From positions 1 through 36,800 of IMG/VR virus record IMGVR_UViG_3300045596_000160: DNA of 36,800 nucleotides. One strand, written 5' to 3'. A program made the position numbers and the translations under genes. Source of the DNA: a virus. Positions 22,283 to 32,264 of the stretch are shown here, in pieces. The notes beneath the pieces are model-generated. The model was not told the origin of the DNA. It worked only from the letters and a program-made list of their open reading frames with translations, and did not search any database. The stretch's first letter is position 1. Every line of letters starts with the position of its first letter.

Positions 22283-25200
22283 CTAAGTGAGTGCTCGGCG
22301 GAGCTTAGACTCGACGACTGCGGCCACCAGTGTCGGGTCGTTGGTGTTGACCGTGAAGCTGGCGCTGTATTCTTGATTTACCTGAGAGCTTGTCTTAGAC
22401 GATCCTTCAGAATCAGAAGAAAGAGAGCTGGCTAGCTTCGCCGCTGCAGTTTGCGCCACAGCTGATGCAGCAAGCGCTGCCTTGGTCGCGGTTGTTTCGA
22501 TATCTACAGGGACGCTTACTGTACCCATAGCATCCTCTATAGCCGGAGCCACGTTATCTACGACGGTTTCTACCTTGCTGAAGCCTGTCGTTATGCCGTC
22601 CGAGAGGCTCGACATGATGGCCTTGCCATTGGGTATGAGCAGCTTTGCGTCATAGCTAATTGGTCCCTTGTTCTCGGCGATCCATGAGGCTATACCGCCT
22701 ACGAAGTCTGTGACGCTGCTCCACGTTGACTTCAACCCGTTGAGAAAGCCTTGCATGATGTTGTCGCCAGCATTCCATAACAGGCTCCCTAGGTCCCCTA
22801 GGGCATCGAGGATGCGCCCCGGCAGGCCACCTACCCAGTCGAGTAGCTCGCCTGCCTTGTCGTTCGCCCCCTGCAGCAGGCCGCCGAAGAAGTCGCCGGC
22901 AGCAGAGATCATCTGACCGACTCCGCCGGAGATTGCACCTGCAGCGTCTCCGACTAGCCCTCCAAGCGCACTGAGCAGATTACCGAGAACATTGTTGACA
23001 GATTCAACAAGTGTGACAAAGAACTGCCATCCTGCTGATAGCATGCTACCAGCTCCACCTATAACCGCAGAAGCGGCAGAGGAAAGTAGGCTGCCGAGGG
23101 TATTTAGCAGATTGCCAAGAATGTTGTTTATAGCTTGGACGAGTGTAATAAAGAATTGAACCCCCGCAGAAAGCATACCGCCTACAGCACCAATAACGGT
23201 GCTAATGGCAGATGTAAGCAGACCGCCCAATGCACTAAGCAACTGCCCGAGGATATTTCCTACAGCTTGGACAAGGGTGAGGAATAACTGCACACCTGCT
23301 GCAAGCAGACTGCCAATGCCGCCAATGATGGTAGACACCACAGAGGCGATAAGACTGCCAAGGGCACTAAGCAGCTGTCCTAAGATGTCGGCAACCGCCT
23401 GGACGAGCATGAGAAAAAGTTGCATGCCAGCCGACAGTATTTCTGGTAGGTGAGATACAAGGGATGCGACAAGGGAGATAATAAGCTGTCCTATAGCCAC
23501 CGCAAGGACCGGAAGCACCGGAGCAACCGCCTGGTTGATGCCTTCCAAAAGCGTGACAAAGCCCTGCACGACTTGGTCGGCATTCTGTGCCAGAGATTGC
23601 ACAATTCCGGTTATAACTTCAAGTCCCACCTGCAAGATAATCGGGAGCAGGATCGGGACGGCTGTGACAAGCCCTTGTATGAGGGATGTCATAAACTGTT
23701 CTGTGCCAGTAGCTATTGTCGTCGGATCAATTGAGCTGAACGCTGAGGAAACTGCAGTTGCTATCTGCGAAATCAAGGATGGCACCTGTTGCACTACAGC
23801 CCCTATTGCTTGCAGGAGCGAAGGCCCAAGCGTCGTTACCAACTGCCCTACCATAGACACCGCTTGATTTATGAGATCAGGCAAGGCCGAGACAACCGAA
23901 TTCATGATTTGCGCAATGCGCGGTCCAACATTATTCGCAACTGTTTGCACTGACTGTATGAGCTGGTCGGTCAGAGAGCCCATGTCGGCGTTCTCATTGC
24001 CGAGACCCGTTAGCCAGTTAGACCACGACGCCTTTGCCATGGAAACCGAGCCGCTGATCGTGCTTGCCGCCTCCTCGGCGGTTGTGCCGGTGATCCCCAT
24101 CTCCGTTTGAACCGCATTGATGGCCTCGACCATATCAGCGAAATTGCCGAGTTCGTAGTGCTGGCCTGTGATCTTTTCCGCATCGGCAAGCAAAGCCTCC
24201 ATGCCCTCTTGACTTCCGGCATAGCCGAGCTTCAGGTTGTCGAGCATGGTGTAGTTGTTCTTAGCGAATCCCTGGTAGGCGTTCTGAACATCCGAGATGT
24301 TGCTGCCGAACTTGTTGACGTTGTCCGACATATCGGTCATAGCGGTGTTGCCTACTTCTGCCGCCGCTGATGTATCCCCGCCGAGAGACGAGATAAGAGA
24401 GGCTGAGAAGCTGGTAATTTGCGTCATGTAGTCATTGGCAGAAAGTCCTGCAGTTTGGTACGCGTTTGACGCGTACTGCTGCACTGTTGATGAGGCGTCA
24501 CCAAAGAGTGTGTCTACACCACCGACAAGTTGCTCATAGTCTGCGTAAGATGACAAGGCAGCCCCACCAAGGGCCGCTACGGCTGCGCTTAGAACTGCCA
24601 CACCCTTAGCTGCAACGCTCGTTGCAGTCCCAACTGCGCTGGATATTCTGGACGCGACGCTTCCGAGGGCGCTCGACACAGTGCTCCCAAGCGACCCGAG
24701 TATCCCTCCGATCTCGCTGGAAATACCGCTAAAAGCGCTCGACACCTTGGACGCAACGCCGGACATGACATTGCCGATTGCTGACGTAAGCGGAGAAAAA
24801 TGGTTTGATATGGCAGATACGGTAGATTGTGCAAGAGAGGACACATTACCGAACACGGATGACACGACACTGGTAACAGGTGATAGCGCGGAGCTTATTT
24901 TGCCGCCGATGGTTGAAAAGACGCTTCCTATGCTCGACGCAACGCCTGAGAGCTTCGTTCCAATCGATGAGGCAACGCCGGAGACCGATGCCGCAGCAGA
25001 TGATGCAAAGCTAGATATTTTAGATGAAAGCGTAGAGATGCCTGTCGTGTCAGCAAACGCACGGATTAAGCCGCCGACAGATCCGGCAAGTCCCGTCGTG
25101 GCGCTTTGTGCTTGCTCGGCCGAGCTAAACCCGGACTTGAGGTTTTTGACCATCTGAGAAAGACCACTTGAGACACCCGTCGTGGATGTTGAGACGCTAG

Positions 25201-25684
25201 ACTGCGCCTTCGCGAGGCTGCGTTGCGCATCCTCGAGCTTGGCTGAGGCCATCTCGACGTTCTCGGTTGTGATCTGCTGCTTTGAGCGAGCAGAGGAAAG
25301 GCGGCCCTCGGCTGCTATGGTCTGCGATGCGGTAGAGCCGTACTTCTCAAGGGTCTCTTGGTATTTAGCCTCGGCTGTGGCCACGGCGTTATCAGCAGAC
25401 TGCGCCTTGAGCCGTGCGGAGGAGAGCGCAGAGGCGGCAGAGGCAACAGATGACTCGAGCTGCTTAGTCGTAGAGCCAGCTAAGCCCGAGGACGAAGACG
25501 AAAAGGCTGCCTTCATTTTTGCGCCAAGGCTTGTGCCCACGCTCTCGGCTACCCCATTAAAGCCCTTCGAGAAAGACGCGGCAGATCCTGACGCGCTTTC
25601 AGACACGCCTTTTGAGACGGCTGACTTAAAGCCCGTCATTGTCGGGAAGATGCTGATGTGGGCAGAGCCTACCTCGCTGCTCAT
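22283..25684 (-). CDS. Tape measure protein
   Basis: 1133 aa, Ala/Ser/Gly/Leu-rich and helical, with internal tandem repeats. Follows the G/GT chaperone genes. Confidence 0.9.
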   Translation of the reverse strand: MSSEVGSAHISIFPTMTGFKSAVSKGVSESASGSAASFSKGFNGVAESVGTSLGAKMKAAFSSSSSGLAGSTTKQLESSVASAASALSSARLKAQSADNAVATAEAKYQETLEKYGSTASQTIAAEGRLSSARSKQQITTENVEMASAKLEDAQRSLAKAQSSVSTSTTGVSSGLSQMVKNLKSGFSSAEQAQSATTGLAGSVGGLIRAFADTTGISTLSSKISSFASSAAASVSGVASSIGTKLSGVASSIGSVFSTIGGKISSALSPVTSVVSSVFGNVSSLAQSTVSAISNHFSPLTSAIGNVMSGVASKVSSAFSGISSEIGGILGSLGSTVSSALGSVASRISSAVGTATSVAAKGVAVLSAAVAALGGAALSSYADYEQLVGGVDTLFGDASSTVQQYASNAYQTAGLSANDYMTQITSFSASLISSLGGDTSAAAEVGNTAMTDMSDNVNKFGSNISDVQNAYQGFAKNNYTMLDNLKLGYAGSQEGMEALLADAEKITGQHYELGNFADMVEAINAVQTEMGITGTTAEEAASTISGSVSMAKASWSNWLTGLGNENADMGSLTDQLIQSVQTVANNVGPRIAQIMNSVVSALPDLINQAVSMVGQLVTTLGPSLLQAIGAVVQQVPSLISQIATAVSSAFSSIDPTTIATGTEQFMTSLIQGLVTAVPILLPIILQVGLEVITGIVQSLAQNADQVVQGFVTLLEGINQAVAPVLPVLAVAIGQLIISLVASLVSHLPEILSAGMQLFLMLVQAVADILGQLLSALGSLIASVVSTIIGGIGSLLAAGVQLFLTLVQAVGNILGQLLSALGGLLTSAISTVIGAVGGMLSAGVQFFITLVQAINNILGNLLNTLGSLLSSAASAVIGGAGSMLSAGWQFFVTLVESVNNVLGNLLSALGGLVGDAAGAISGGVGQMISAAGDFFGGLLQGANDKAGELLDWVGGLPGRILDALGDLGSLLWNAGDNIMQGFLNGLKSTWSSVTDFVGGIASWIAENKGPISYDAKLLIPNGKAIMSSLSDGITTGFSKVETVVDNVAPAIEDAMGTVSVPVDIETTATKAALAASAVAQTAAAKLASSLSSDSEGSSKTSSQVNQEYSASFTVNTNDPTLVAAVVESKLRRALT
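22860..23440 (-). repeat. Four or more tandem 132-nt (44-aa) repeats inside the tape measure gene
   Basis: Phased landmarks AGCA(G/A)(A/C)T at 22974, 23106, 23238 and 23370 (exactly 132 nt apart). Peptide unit: ILG.LL..LG.L..S..S.(V/I)IG..G.(M/L)L.AG.Q.F.TLV....N. Confidence 0.8.
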
Positions 25685-26063
25685 GTGAAGATCACCTCTT
25701 CGTCGATTTCCTTTTGCGCCTTTGCGATTTCCCGTGCAGTGGGGGTCTGTCTACGCTTTGCACCCAATGCCCACGGCATGAGCTTTCCTGCCGCCTTGGT
25801 GGCCTTGCGGCCTATCTGGGCAGATGACATGAGGACCTGGGTTATTTCTGGGACGCTGGCCGGATAGGACCACCCGGCGAGCTCAGCCCCGAGAGCGGTG
25901 GACGGATCTGCCGCAGCCGACATCACAAGGTCTCTTGCCTCGCCCCATGAAAGGGCCCCTGTGCCGATTGCCGACACAGAGGCCCCGAACGTCTCGCGGA
26001 ATGTACGCGTCGTTGCTTGGCGATGCGACTTTATGAGTGCAGCGACGCCTGAGATTCCCCCAG
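25681..26063 (-). CDS. T part of the tail assembly chaperone, reached by a -1 frameshift from the G ORF (GT fusion spans 25681..26423)
   Basis: The -1 frame is open from the CUG GGG GAA site (run of 5 G at 26057..26061 on the minus strand) through the track ORF 25681..25977. I checked codon by codon and found no stop. Its stop overlaps the tape measure ATG. Confidence 0.6.
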
Positions 26064-26423
26064 CGATGCTTGGTTGATTTTCTGGAATAGATCGAAGTAT
26101 CGGTTAGCGAAGGCGCTCACGGACTGGAACGGCTCTGCCATGAGGGCCTTGGATGCGCCGTCCCCACACAGTCTTGAGAAGAGCTTCCTCATCTGCTCGA
26201 CGGCATCATCGCCGTCTATCTCCTTGAGCGCGTCGGCGTCATCAATCGAGAACGTGAGAGGCAGGCGGTATATCTCCCCGTCGGGAAATTTCGCCACAGC
26301 ATCACCCTCAACGACAATGACCCTCGGCTCAAGAGATTCCGAAAGGCTCGCCAAGGCCGCATCTTCGTCATAGCCTTCAAGCAGTGCGTCGAAGTCTAAC
26401 TTCTCTGTTTTCTTCTCAGCCAT
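26031..26423 (-). CDS. Tail assembly chaperone (gpG-like)
   Basis: 130 aa, acidic. Lies between the major tail protein and the tape measure. Confidence 0.7.
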   Translation of the reverse strand: MAEKKTEKLDFDALLEGYDEDAALASLSESLEPRVIVVEGDAVAKFPDGEIYRLPLTFSIDDADALKEIDGDDAVEQMRKLFSRLCGDGASKALMAEPFQSVSAFANRYFDLFQKINQASLGESQASLHS

Positions 26424-26426
26424 GGA

Positions 26427-27257
26427 CTATGCCTCCGCAACTGTTATGGAAAGCGTTGCAGACACGCCGGCATAGGATGCTGTGATCGTAGCTGTACCAA
26501 CGGCAACACCTGTGAGAGTGCCGTCAGAAACAGTTGCCACCGCGACATCACTTGAGGCCCATGTGGCAGAGACATCGATTGTCGTGTTATCTGTCAGGGT
26601 GGCAACCGCCTTAAGCTCAACCGTAGAACCGACGCTCACTGATGTTGCAGCAGAGCTTCCATCAGATGCCTCAATCTTAAGAGATGAGACTGAGCTAGTG
26701 CTGGGGTTTACAACCCACTCTCGGTAGAACCCTCCCACGGTTTCATCGCTGATCCATTCGAATGTTATGTCATAGCCTGCCACATCGCCACGGGTCTGCT
26801 GAGCAGGTGCAACGGTGGAGATTTGCGCCAGACCGTTCCTGCGAAGAGACATACCGTTCTTGTATTTAACATATTCGAATAACGGGAATTGGTTCTCGTT
26901 TCCCTGGTCGACGGTGATCATGCCGTTGGAATCCGGTGCTACGCCGTTGATGAGCTCACGAACCGTGTCGTTGAGCTCGGCCGTGGTGATCTCGAGCGTG
27001 CGACTCGTGACGTCACCGCGGAGCTTGTAGCCCTTCTGCCAAAGCTCGATGTCGTCATCTGAGTCCGAGTCATCCTGCGGTGCGCCGTCATCTGTTAGAA
27101 GCCCTACCTTCTTGTATCCGGACGGCAGGACCAGAGGCGTGAGACCTCCGGCGGCAGAGGCAATATAAGACGGTGTCCCGGACATTTGCACAGCGATGAA
27201 ACCTGTGACGGGCACGCTCACAAGAGAGAGGTCGTTGCCGTTAGTGTCTGCTGACAT
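26427..27257 (-). CDS. Major tail protein with a C-terminal Big_2 (Ig-like) domain
   Basis: 276 aa. C-terminus: VGSTVELKAVATLTDNTTIDVSATWASSDVAVATVSDGTLTGVAVGTATITASYAGVSATLSITV, a Big_2 pattern. Confidence 0.8.
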   Translation of the reverse strand: MSADTNGNDLSLVSVPVTGFIAVQMSGTPSYIASAAGGLTPLVLPSGYKKVGLLTDDGAPQDDSDSDDDIELWQKGYKLRGDVTSRTLEITTAELNDTVRELINGVAPDSNGMITVDQGNENQFPLFEYVKYKNGMSLRRNGLAQISTVAPAQQTRGDVAGYDITFEWISDETVGGFYREWVVNPSTSSVSSLKIEASDGSSAATSVSVGSTVELKAVATLTDNTTIDVSATWASSDVAVATVSDGTLTGVAVGTATITASYAGVSATLSITVAEA

Positions 27258-27266
27258 GTGTTCTCC

Positions 27267-27689
27267 TTAGCTGATATCTCCGACGATCGTGTACTCGACC
27301 GTCATGTATTTACGATGCAGGTCCTGCTGCTCGGCGACGCTGTAGGGGCCGTTGCATCCATCACGCTCGACGGACGCGACAGGCGACCCTTCAGCCTGCG
27401 AGACCCCATCATCTGCCATGAGGGCCATGATGAGGCGGGCGATATCTCCTGTTTTCTTATCGTCTTGGTGGCTTCCCCAGAGCACTGATATCCCAAGGGA
27501 GCGCTCATAGGTGACGGCGCTCTCCTGGGGCCCCGAGTCATCTCGGACGATGACTAAAGGCCGCGTCATAGCAGCCGCAGAGAGGCTCTCGGGCTCCTTG
27601 TTGGATACCTCCACGTCGTAGCCAAGCGATAAGAGGCAGCTTCTTATATACTTCGTCGCCCATAGCTCCATGTCTGGTGGGGTGATCAT
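27267..27689 (-). CDS. Tail terminator / tail completion protein
   Basis: 140 aa. Position lies between the gp10-like protein and the major tail protein. Confidence 0.55.
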   Translation of the reverse strand: MITPPDMELWATKYIRSCLLSLGYDVEVSNKEPESLSAAAMTRPLVIVRDDSGPQESAVTYERSLGISVLWGSHQDDKKTGDIARLIMALMADDGVSQAEGSPVASVERDGCNGPYSVAEQQDLHRKYMTVEYTIVGDIS

Positions 27690-27973
27690 GCCTTCTTCAC
27701 CGCCTTGAGCGCGCGGGCGAGGTTCCCGGTCTTTGACTCGATGATCAACGTCTTCTTGTCATGGCCCACCACCTCATAGGTGTCGCGGTACTTGTGGGGC
27801 ACCTTCTCGATCCCAAGACCGTCACGATAGGCCCCGGTATCTACCGGGGCCGTCGATCTAGCTATGGCAAGAGCGTCTTCGGCCTTGCCCTGACAGAGCG
27901 CCTCGACGCCTGCCGAGCGCATGATCTGGTCGAAATAGGACTGGTTAAAGTCGACAGTCACCTTCTTGGCCAC
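27686..27973 (-). CDS. HK97 gp10-family head-tail joining protein
   Basis: AIARSTAPVDTGAYRDGLGIEK matches the gp10-family motif. Start set to the GTG overlapping the upstream TAG (TAGTG at 27971..27975). Confidence 0.7.
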   Translation of the reverse strand: MAKKVTVDFNQSYFDQIMRSAGVEALCQGKAEDALAIARSTAPVDTGAYRDGLGIEKVPHKYRDTYEVVGHDKKTLIIESKTGNLARALKAVKKA

Positions 27974-28356
27974 TATCCATCCACCTCCTCGACATCTACG
28001 ACAAGCGTCGGCTGCCATCCTGAAAACGGGTTGATGTCGCTTGCCGGGATTCCGGTGACAGACCAGCTGTGCGTGCCGTCGCTTATCCGGTCGCCCCTTT
28101 TGATGTCTGCCGCCGGGTCTGGCACGATGATCTGCACGGTCGTGATGAGCTGGGCGCGCACTGCGTCGGTCTGCTCAGTGGATGTCTGCGAGGAGACGTA
28201 TCCGCTGAAGGAAAGGACGTCGGGGCTGCTCCAGTCATCGGTTGTGCTATCGGGGTTGTACGGGTCTTCCTTTTTTGTCGCGCGCTTTCTTGTGAGGGTC
28301 GTGAGCGAGCCCATCTGGAGATCTGACGATCCGATGAAGTCCGCTGCGGTGCTCAT
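27973..28356 (-). CDS. Head closure / head-tail adaptor protein
   Basis: 127 aa. Position and the C-terminal pattern (..IKRGDRISDGTHSWSVTGI..) are typical of SPP1 gp16/HK97 gp9-like adaptors. Confidence 0.6.
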   Translation of the reverse strand: MSTAADFIGSSDLQMGSLTTLTRKRATKKEDPYNPDSTTDDWSSPDVLSFSGYVSSQTSTEQTDAVRAQLITTVQIIVPDPAADIKRGDRISDGTHSWSVTGIPASDINPFSGWQPTLVVDVEEVDG

Positions 28357-28877
28357 GGCCTTGCCCCCAGACGGTACGGGGCAAGGGCGTCCATCTCGGC
28401 CTGCATGAGCGGCACCCCTAAAGGCACGCCGCTTGAGGTTGCGAAGTTGACTGAGGCGCCGTTGACGCTCTGGGATGAGATCGCGCCGGGATTGGTGCGT
28501 GCGCGCTTGGCAACTGAGAGGATTATCGCCGCAACGTCCGGCACATCATCGGTATCCCAGCCGTGTGTGAGTGACACCTGGACAGACCCTGGCAGATCAG
28601 GCCACAGGCCAGACGTGAGGACTACCGTGCCGGCCTCAGACCAGACGGCGTCGGCTATGACGTCGGTGCCAGAAATGGTAATAGAGGCTATGGCCGTGAC
28701 ATGCTTGGACGGGAGGGCAAGCGTGCGCCCGCCGTAGCCGTCGACGGTTATCGTCTCGGTGACAGACGGGGAGATGTGCCAGCCGCAGTAGTGCCTCACT
28801 GCCGCCTGCGCGGCCCTCATCCACCATGTTTGGTCGATCGTGTCTGCGGCCCCGATTATGTCATCATATTTCGCCAC
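28353..28877 (-). CDS. Head-tail connector (gp6-like)
   Basis: 174 aa. First gene of the connector set downstream of the major capsid gene (after the small 28893..29048 ORF). N-terminus AAQAAVRHYCGWHI is typical of this family. Confidence 0.6.
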   Translation of the reverse strand: MAKYDDIIGAADTIDQTWWMRAAQAAVRHYCGWHISPSVTETITVDGYGGRTLALPSKHVTAIASITISGTDVIADAVWSEAGTVVLTSGLWPDLPGSVQVSLTHGWDTDDVPDVAAIILSVAKRARTNPGAISSQSVNGASVNFATSSGVPLGVPLMQAEMDALAPYRLGARP

Positions 28878-28892
28878 GTGCCCTCCCCTCTC

Positions 28893-29048
28893 CTATTTCG
28901 TGGATGTGGCTTTCTTCGGCTTCGCGGAAGCGCCTGCGGCTGGCTTCGTTGAGCCTGCCTTCTCGACAGAGGCAACAAGCCCGAGCCTTTCGGCGTCGGG
29001 CTTGCGATAACGGACGTTTTTAACCACGATCATCTCTGGAATGTCCAC
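28893..29048 (-). CDS. Possible small 51-aa basic protein between the capsid and connector genes
   Basis: My own translation from the GTG at 29048: VDIPEMIVVKNVRYRKPDAERLGLVASVEKAGSTKPAAGASAKPKKATSTK. AGGAG lies upstream. Confidence 0.4.
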   Translation of the reverse strand: MDIPEMIVVKNVRYRKPDAERLGLVASVEKAGSTKPAAGASAKPKKATSTK

Positions 29049-29056
29049 GGCCACTC

Positions 29057-30280
29057 CTAACTGGAGGCCAGAGACACGACGGCGAGCTTCGCGGGCTGGC
29101 GGATGAGCTGCAAGGCGCGGAACTCAGCGCGCAGATAGGTGAGGTTGCGCTGTGCGTAGTCCTTGTGCTGGTTGAAGGCGAGCACGCTCATAGGCTCGAG
29201 CGTGAGCAGCTGTATCTGGCTGAAGTCCCCCATGATCGCCTTGCCCACAGGCACGATCTGGGATGTCACGCGAGGGATTGCCCAGATGGTGGACGGCCCG
29301 CTTCCGAAGGGGCCATTTCCGTAGTAGCGCTTGTTGGAGTCCTGCGCGAGATCGAACGCCTCATCGTCTTCGGGGTTGAGCACAACTGCCTGCGCAATCG
29401 TGTTGGAGGTGGTCGCAAGCAGGGTCTTGGCCTTGCGGATCGTGGTGATAGCATCAGTCGAGAACGCCTGTGCCAGGACGCCGGTCGTGTTAAGGATACC
29501 TGCGGGCTCATCATCGGTGCCTGCGCCCTCAAGGATAACGCGCTCGGTCTCAAGATCGACGTTTTGCCGCAGGATGCCGTCGATGAGCGATACAAGCGCG
29601 CCGTCGTCTGCGAGCTCCTGGTTTGTGATCTCGATGCCGTCCGCGTAGGTAAACGCAACGGCATTTTTGGTCTGCGTGCTAAGCGTGGAGAGAGGCTTGA
29701 GGCCTCCTGCCTTGTCGGTGCCGGAAGTTGTCTTTGCCTCGCCGACGATGCCGGCGTTGTCCGTGATGGCGATCAGCTGTCGATATTGCAAAGACGCGCT
29801 CGTTGCTGTCCCACGCGTGACGAGGTCGAGCAAGGTGGTCGGGCGGCGATAGGTGAGGTCGTCGATGCCGGGAAGGCGCACCGGCAGGATGTCTCCGTTG
29901 TCTGAGGTGTTAAGAGGGGCAGGGTCAGCCTTGGTCCTTATCACGCCGATTGACTTCGCGCTGATGTTTATCGGGGTGCCCTTGGAGACGCCGCGGGGGT
30001 TGGCCTCCCGGAAGGCCTTATAGGCGGAGCTTTTGACGAAACGTTGGCCGAGGGTGCCTTTTGCCTCGCCGTCGCCTACGGTTGTGCGCTCCTCCTTTTT
30101 TGCAAGGCCGGAGAGCTTCTTTGCTGTCTGCTCGGCGGCTGCGATCTCAGACTTGAGAGAGGCTATCTCGTCGGCCAGCTTGTTGGCCTCGGTGATCTCC
30201 TCCTCGCTGAGATCCTCGCCTTTGGCGGCAAGCTCTCCTGCGCGGTCGAGCTTCTTGAAAAGCAGATCTTTCTTGTTCAT
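29057..30280 (-). CDS. Major capsid protein, HK97 fold, with an N-terminal coiled-coil scaffold (delta) domain
   Basis: 407 aa. N-terminal EEEITEANKLADEIASLKSEIAAAEQTAKKL, then capsid-like body. Directly follows the prohead protease (TAATG overlap). Confidence 0.9.
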   Translation of the reverse strand: MNKKDLLFKKLDRAGELAAKGEDLSEEEITEANKLADEIASLKSEIAAAEQTAKKLSGLAKKEERTTVGDGEAKGTLGQRFVKSSAYKAFREANPRGVSKGTPINISAKSIGVIRTKADPAPLNTSDNGDILPVRLPGIDDLTYRRPTTLLDLVTRGTATSASLQYRQLIAITDNAGIVGEAKTTSGTDKAGGLKPLSTLSTQTKNAVAFTYADGIEITNQELADDGALVSLIDGILRQNVDLETERVILEGAGTDDEPAGILNTTGVLAQAFSTDAITTIRKAKTLLATTSNTIAQAVVLNPEDDEAFDLAQDSNKRYYGNGPFGSGPSTIWAIPRVTSQIVPVGKAIMGDFSQIQLLTLEPMSVLAFNQHKDYAQRNLTYLRAEFRALQLIRQPAKLAVVSLASS

Positions 30281-31005
30281 TAGTGCTCCTTCCCGGCCGA
30301 TGCGGCCAGAGCGATACGTGCCGCCGCGATTCGCGCCGACATCGACTTGCCGGATTCGTCCGGCTTTTCTTTGCTCCCGCCATCTGACGGGTCTTGCTGG
30401 GCATCGACCTCTTCGATGAGATCGTCGAGAGTTTTCTTAACGCCTGCCATCTCCGAGCTCACGTCCTTTAAGGTCTTAACGTGATGCCCTGCGAGCACAC
30501 GGCCGGCCTTTGTGGCGTCTGCCTCACGGGACTTTATGCCGATGAGCTGCGTGTCTGGGTTCGCCCCTTTGAGCGTGAGGGACACCTCGACCAGATCGAA
30601 GCGCTCCACATGGCGTATGCCATCTTCATCTGTCGTGGCCGATTCCGGCGGCTCGAAGCCCCCGATCGAGAACTCATGGACGCGGCCTTGGGACAGAAGC
30701 CGGTAGGCCTGCTTGGCTGTGGGGTTGTCCATATCGAGTTGTGCCTCGACGATGAGGCTGTCTTCGGTTTGCTCTGCTGTGGCAGTGCCGATGTGCGACC
30801 ATATGTCATCCCATTGGTGGTCCCAGAGTATCGGCAGGGGCTGTTTGTCGCTGAAGGCCTTGAGGCCCTCGGTGAAGGCGCCCGGCTCTATCTCTTCCAT
30901 CTGGGAGTCGAGCGTGCCGAAGGTCGATACGAGAGCTGTGAACTTTCCCTCGCCGCCGACGTCCATGTCAGCCTTGAAGGTCTTCCTGACCTGCTTCATA
31001 TCCAT
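30280..31005 (-). CDS. Prohead protease (HK97 / S78 family)
   Basis: 241 aa. FTALVSTFGTLDSQMEEIEPGAFTEGL...PILWDHQWD...HEFSIGG. Confidence 0.85.
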   Translation of the reverse strand: MDMKQVRKTFKADMDVGGEGKFTALVSTFGTLDSQMEEIEPGAFTEGLKAFSDKQPLPILWDHQWDDIWSHIGTATAEQTEDSLIVEAQLDMDNPTAKQAYRLLSQGRVHEFSIGGFEPPESATTDEDGIRHVERFDLVEVSLTLKGANPDTQLIGIKSREADATKAGRVLAGHHVKTLKDVSSEMAGVKKTLDDLIEEVDAQQDPSDGGSKEKPDESGKSMSARIAAARIALAASAGKEH

Positions 31006-32264
31006 GTGTCCTTCCTGTTTTGGCTTCCTGAGTCGGTGGGAGATGCCTGTCCTCCCTCGGTGACGTTAAGCGGGACTATGAGCTCGTCGGTGCCGTCGAC
31101 ATGGGGCAGGTTAACACGGCCCCTGGCCTCGGCGCGGCTCATGAAAGGCCCACCCACCGCCGTCTGGAGATAGGTCGCCTGCTCGGCGAAGCTGCCGTTC
31201 ATGGCCGCCTCGCGGTCGAGCTCGGCATAGATGCCTTCCGTGCTGTCTAAGGAAGGCACGATCTCGGAGTTGAACGCCTCCTCGAACTGTGTGAGCTGGG
31301 GTCCTAGCGTCGGCCCGAAGAGCATCGAGCGGAAGGCGTCGATGTTCGAGAAGGTTCCCTGGCGAGCACCCACAAGCTCGGGCGGGATGTGGAAGGAAGA
31401 GCAGACCTCGACGTCGGTGAGCTGCCTGCCATCTATGTCCTTGGCATCAGCCGGAGAGACGGTTGAGCCTATCTGCTCGTAGTCCATGCCATCCTCGAGG
31501 ATCGGTGTCCCTGCCGCCCGACCTTCCCTAAACTCCCGCCAGACGCGCATGAACCTCTCGCGGTCCTTCGGGTCCCATTTCCCAGCTGTGCTGTCAGCTG
31601 GCCTTTTTAGCACCCCGGTTATCTTCGGAGCTCGTTCCCACTGAGCATTTCTCCATTCGACGGCGTGCATCTGCTCACGCAGGATCGATGCGAGGGTCAC
31701 AAGAGGCGATATGCCATCTCCGTCCCACGCCGACCACCCCGCACCGAGTGCGAGGGGAAGGCCTGTTATATCGACGACGCCGCCGGCAAGGCTCACGCCT
31801 ATGCGGTTAACGTTGTCGAGCCCGTCGCTGTCAATCACAAGCTCCCGCGGAGGTATGCGCTGTAGTGTCCCGTCAGGGAGCAGCGCAACGCACCACCGGT
31901 CATAAAGCATCGCGTCCACCGTGAGCCGGTACATCAGCTGATAGTGCGTGAGGCGCGGACGGGGATGCCTGAGAGCTTTCTCGGCAGGAGAGCCTGAGGC
32001 TCGCTGCCTGTCATCATCGCTTACCCTCAGGTAGGCCTTCCACGGCACGGATGCGACGTTTCTGGCCGCGAACTCAACGACCTTGCGAACGCTCGGCTGC
32101 GTCTTCCAGATCGCCTGGGGATCTACCGGGCCCGTCCTTGTGAGCGCTGATATAGGTATCGGCGGGTCCTTGACCTCGATGCCCCATGTCGTACGGGTGT
32201 TGACGCCGGGAATTGACGAGTCGCCGATGGTCACGGCCCCCGAATCCGTCTTGAGCGTGATCAT
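30996..32264 (-). CDS. Portal protein
   Basis: Start set to the MITLKTDSG ATG at 32264 (ATGA overlap with the upstream small gene). The 104-codon N-terminal extension in the track is Arg/Pro-rich and overlaps TerL. Position lies between TerL and the protease. Confidence 0.85.
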   Translation of the reverse strand: MITLKTDSGAVTIGDSSIPGVNTRTTWGIEVKDPPIPISALTRTGPVDPQAIWKTQPSVRKVVEFAARNVASVPWKAYLRVSDDDRQRASGSPAEKALRHPRPRLTHYQLMYRLTVDAMLYDRWCVALLPDGTLQRIPPRELVIDSDGLDNVNRIGVSLAGGVVDITGLPLALGAGWSAWDGDGISPLVTLASILREQMHAVEWRNAQWERAPKITGVLKRPADSTAGKWDPKDRERFMRVWREFREGRAAGTPILEDGMDYEQIGSTVSPADAKDIDGRQLTDVEVCSSFHIPPELVGARQGTFSNIDAFRSMLFGPTLGPQLTQFEEAFNSEIVPSLDSTEGIYAELDREAAMNGSFAEQATYLQTAVGGPFMSRAEARGRVNLPHVDGTDELIVPLNVTEGGQASPTDSGSQNRKDTWI

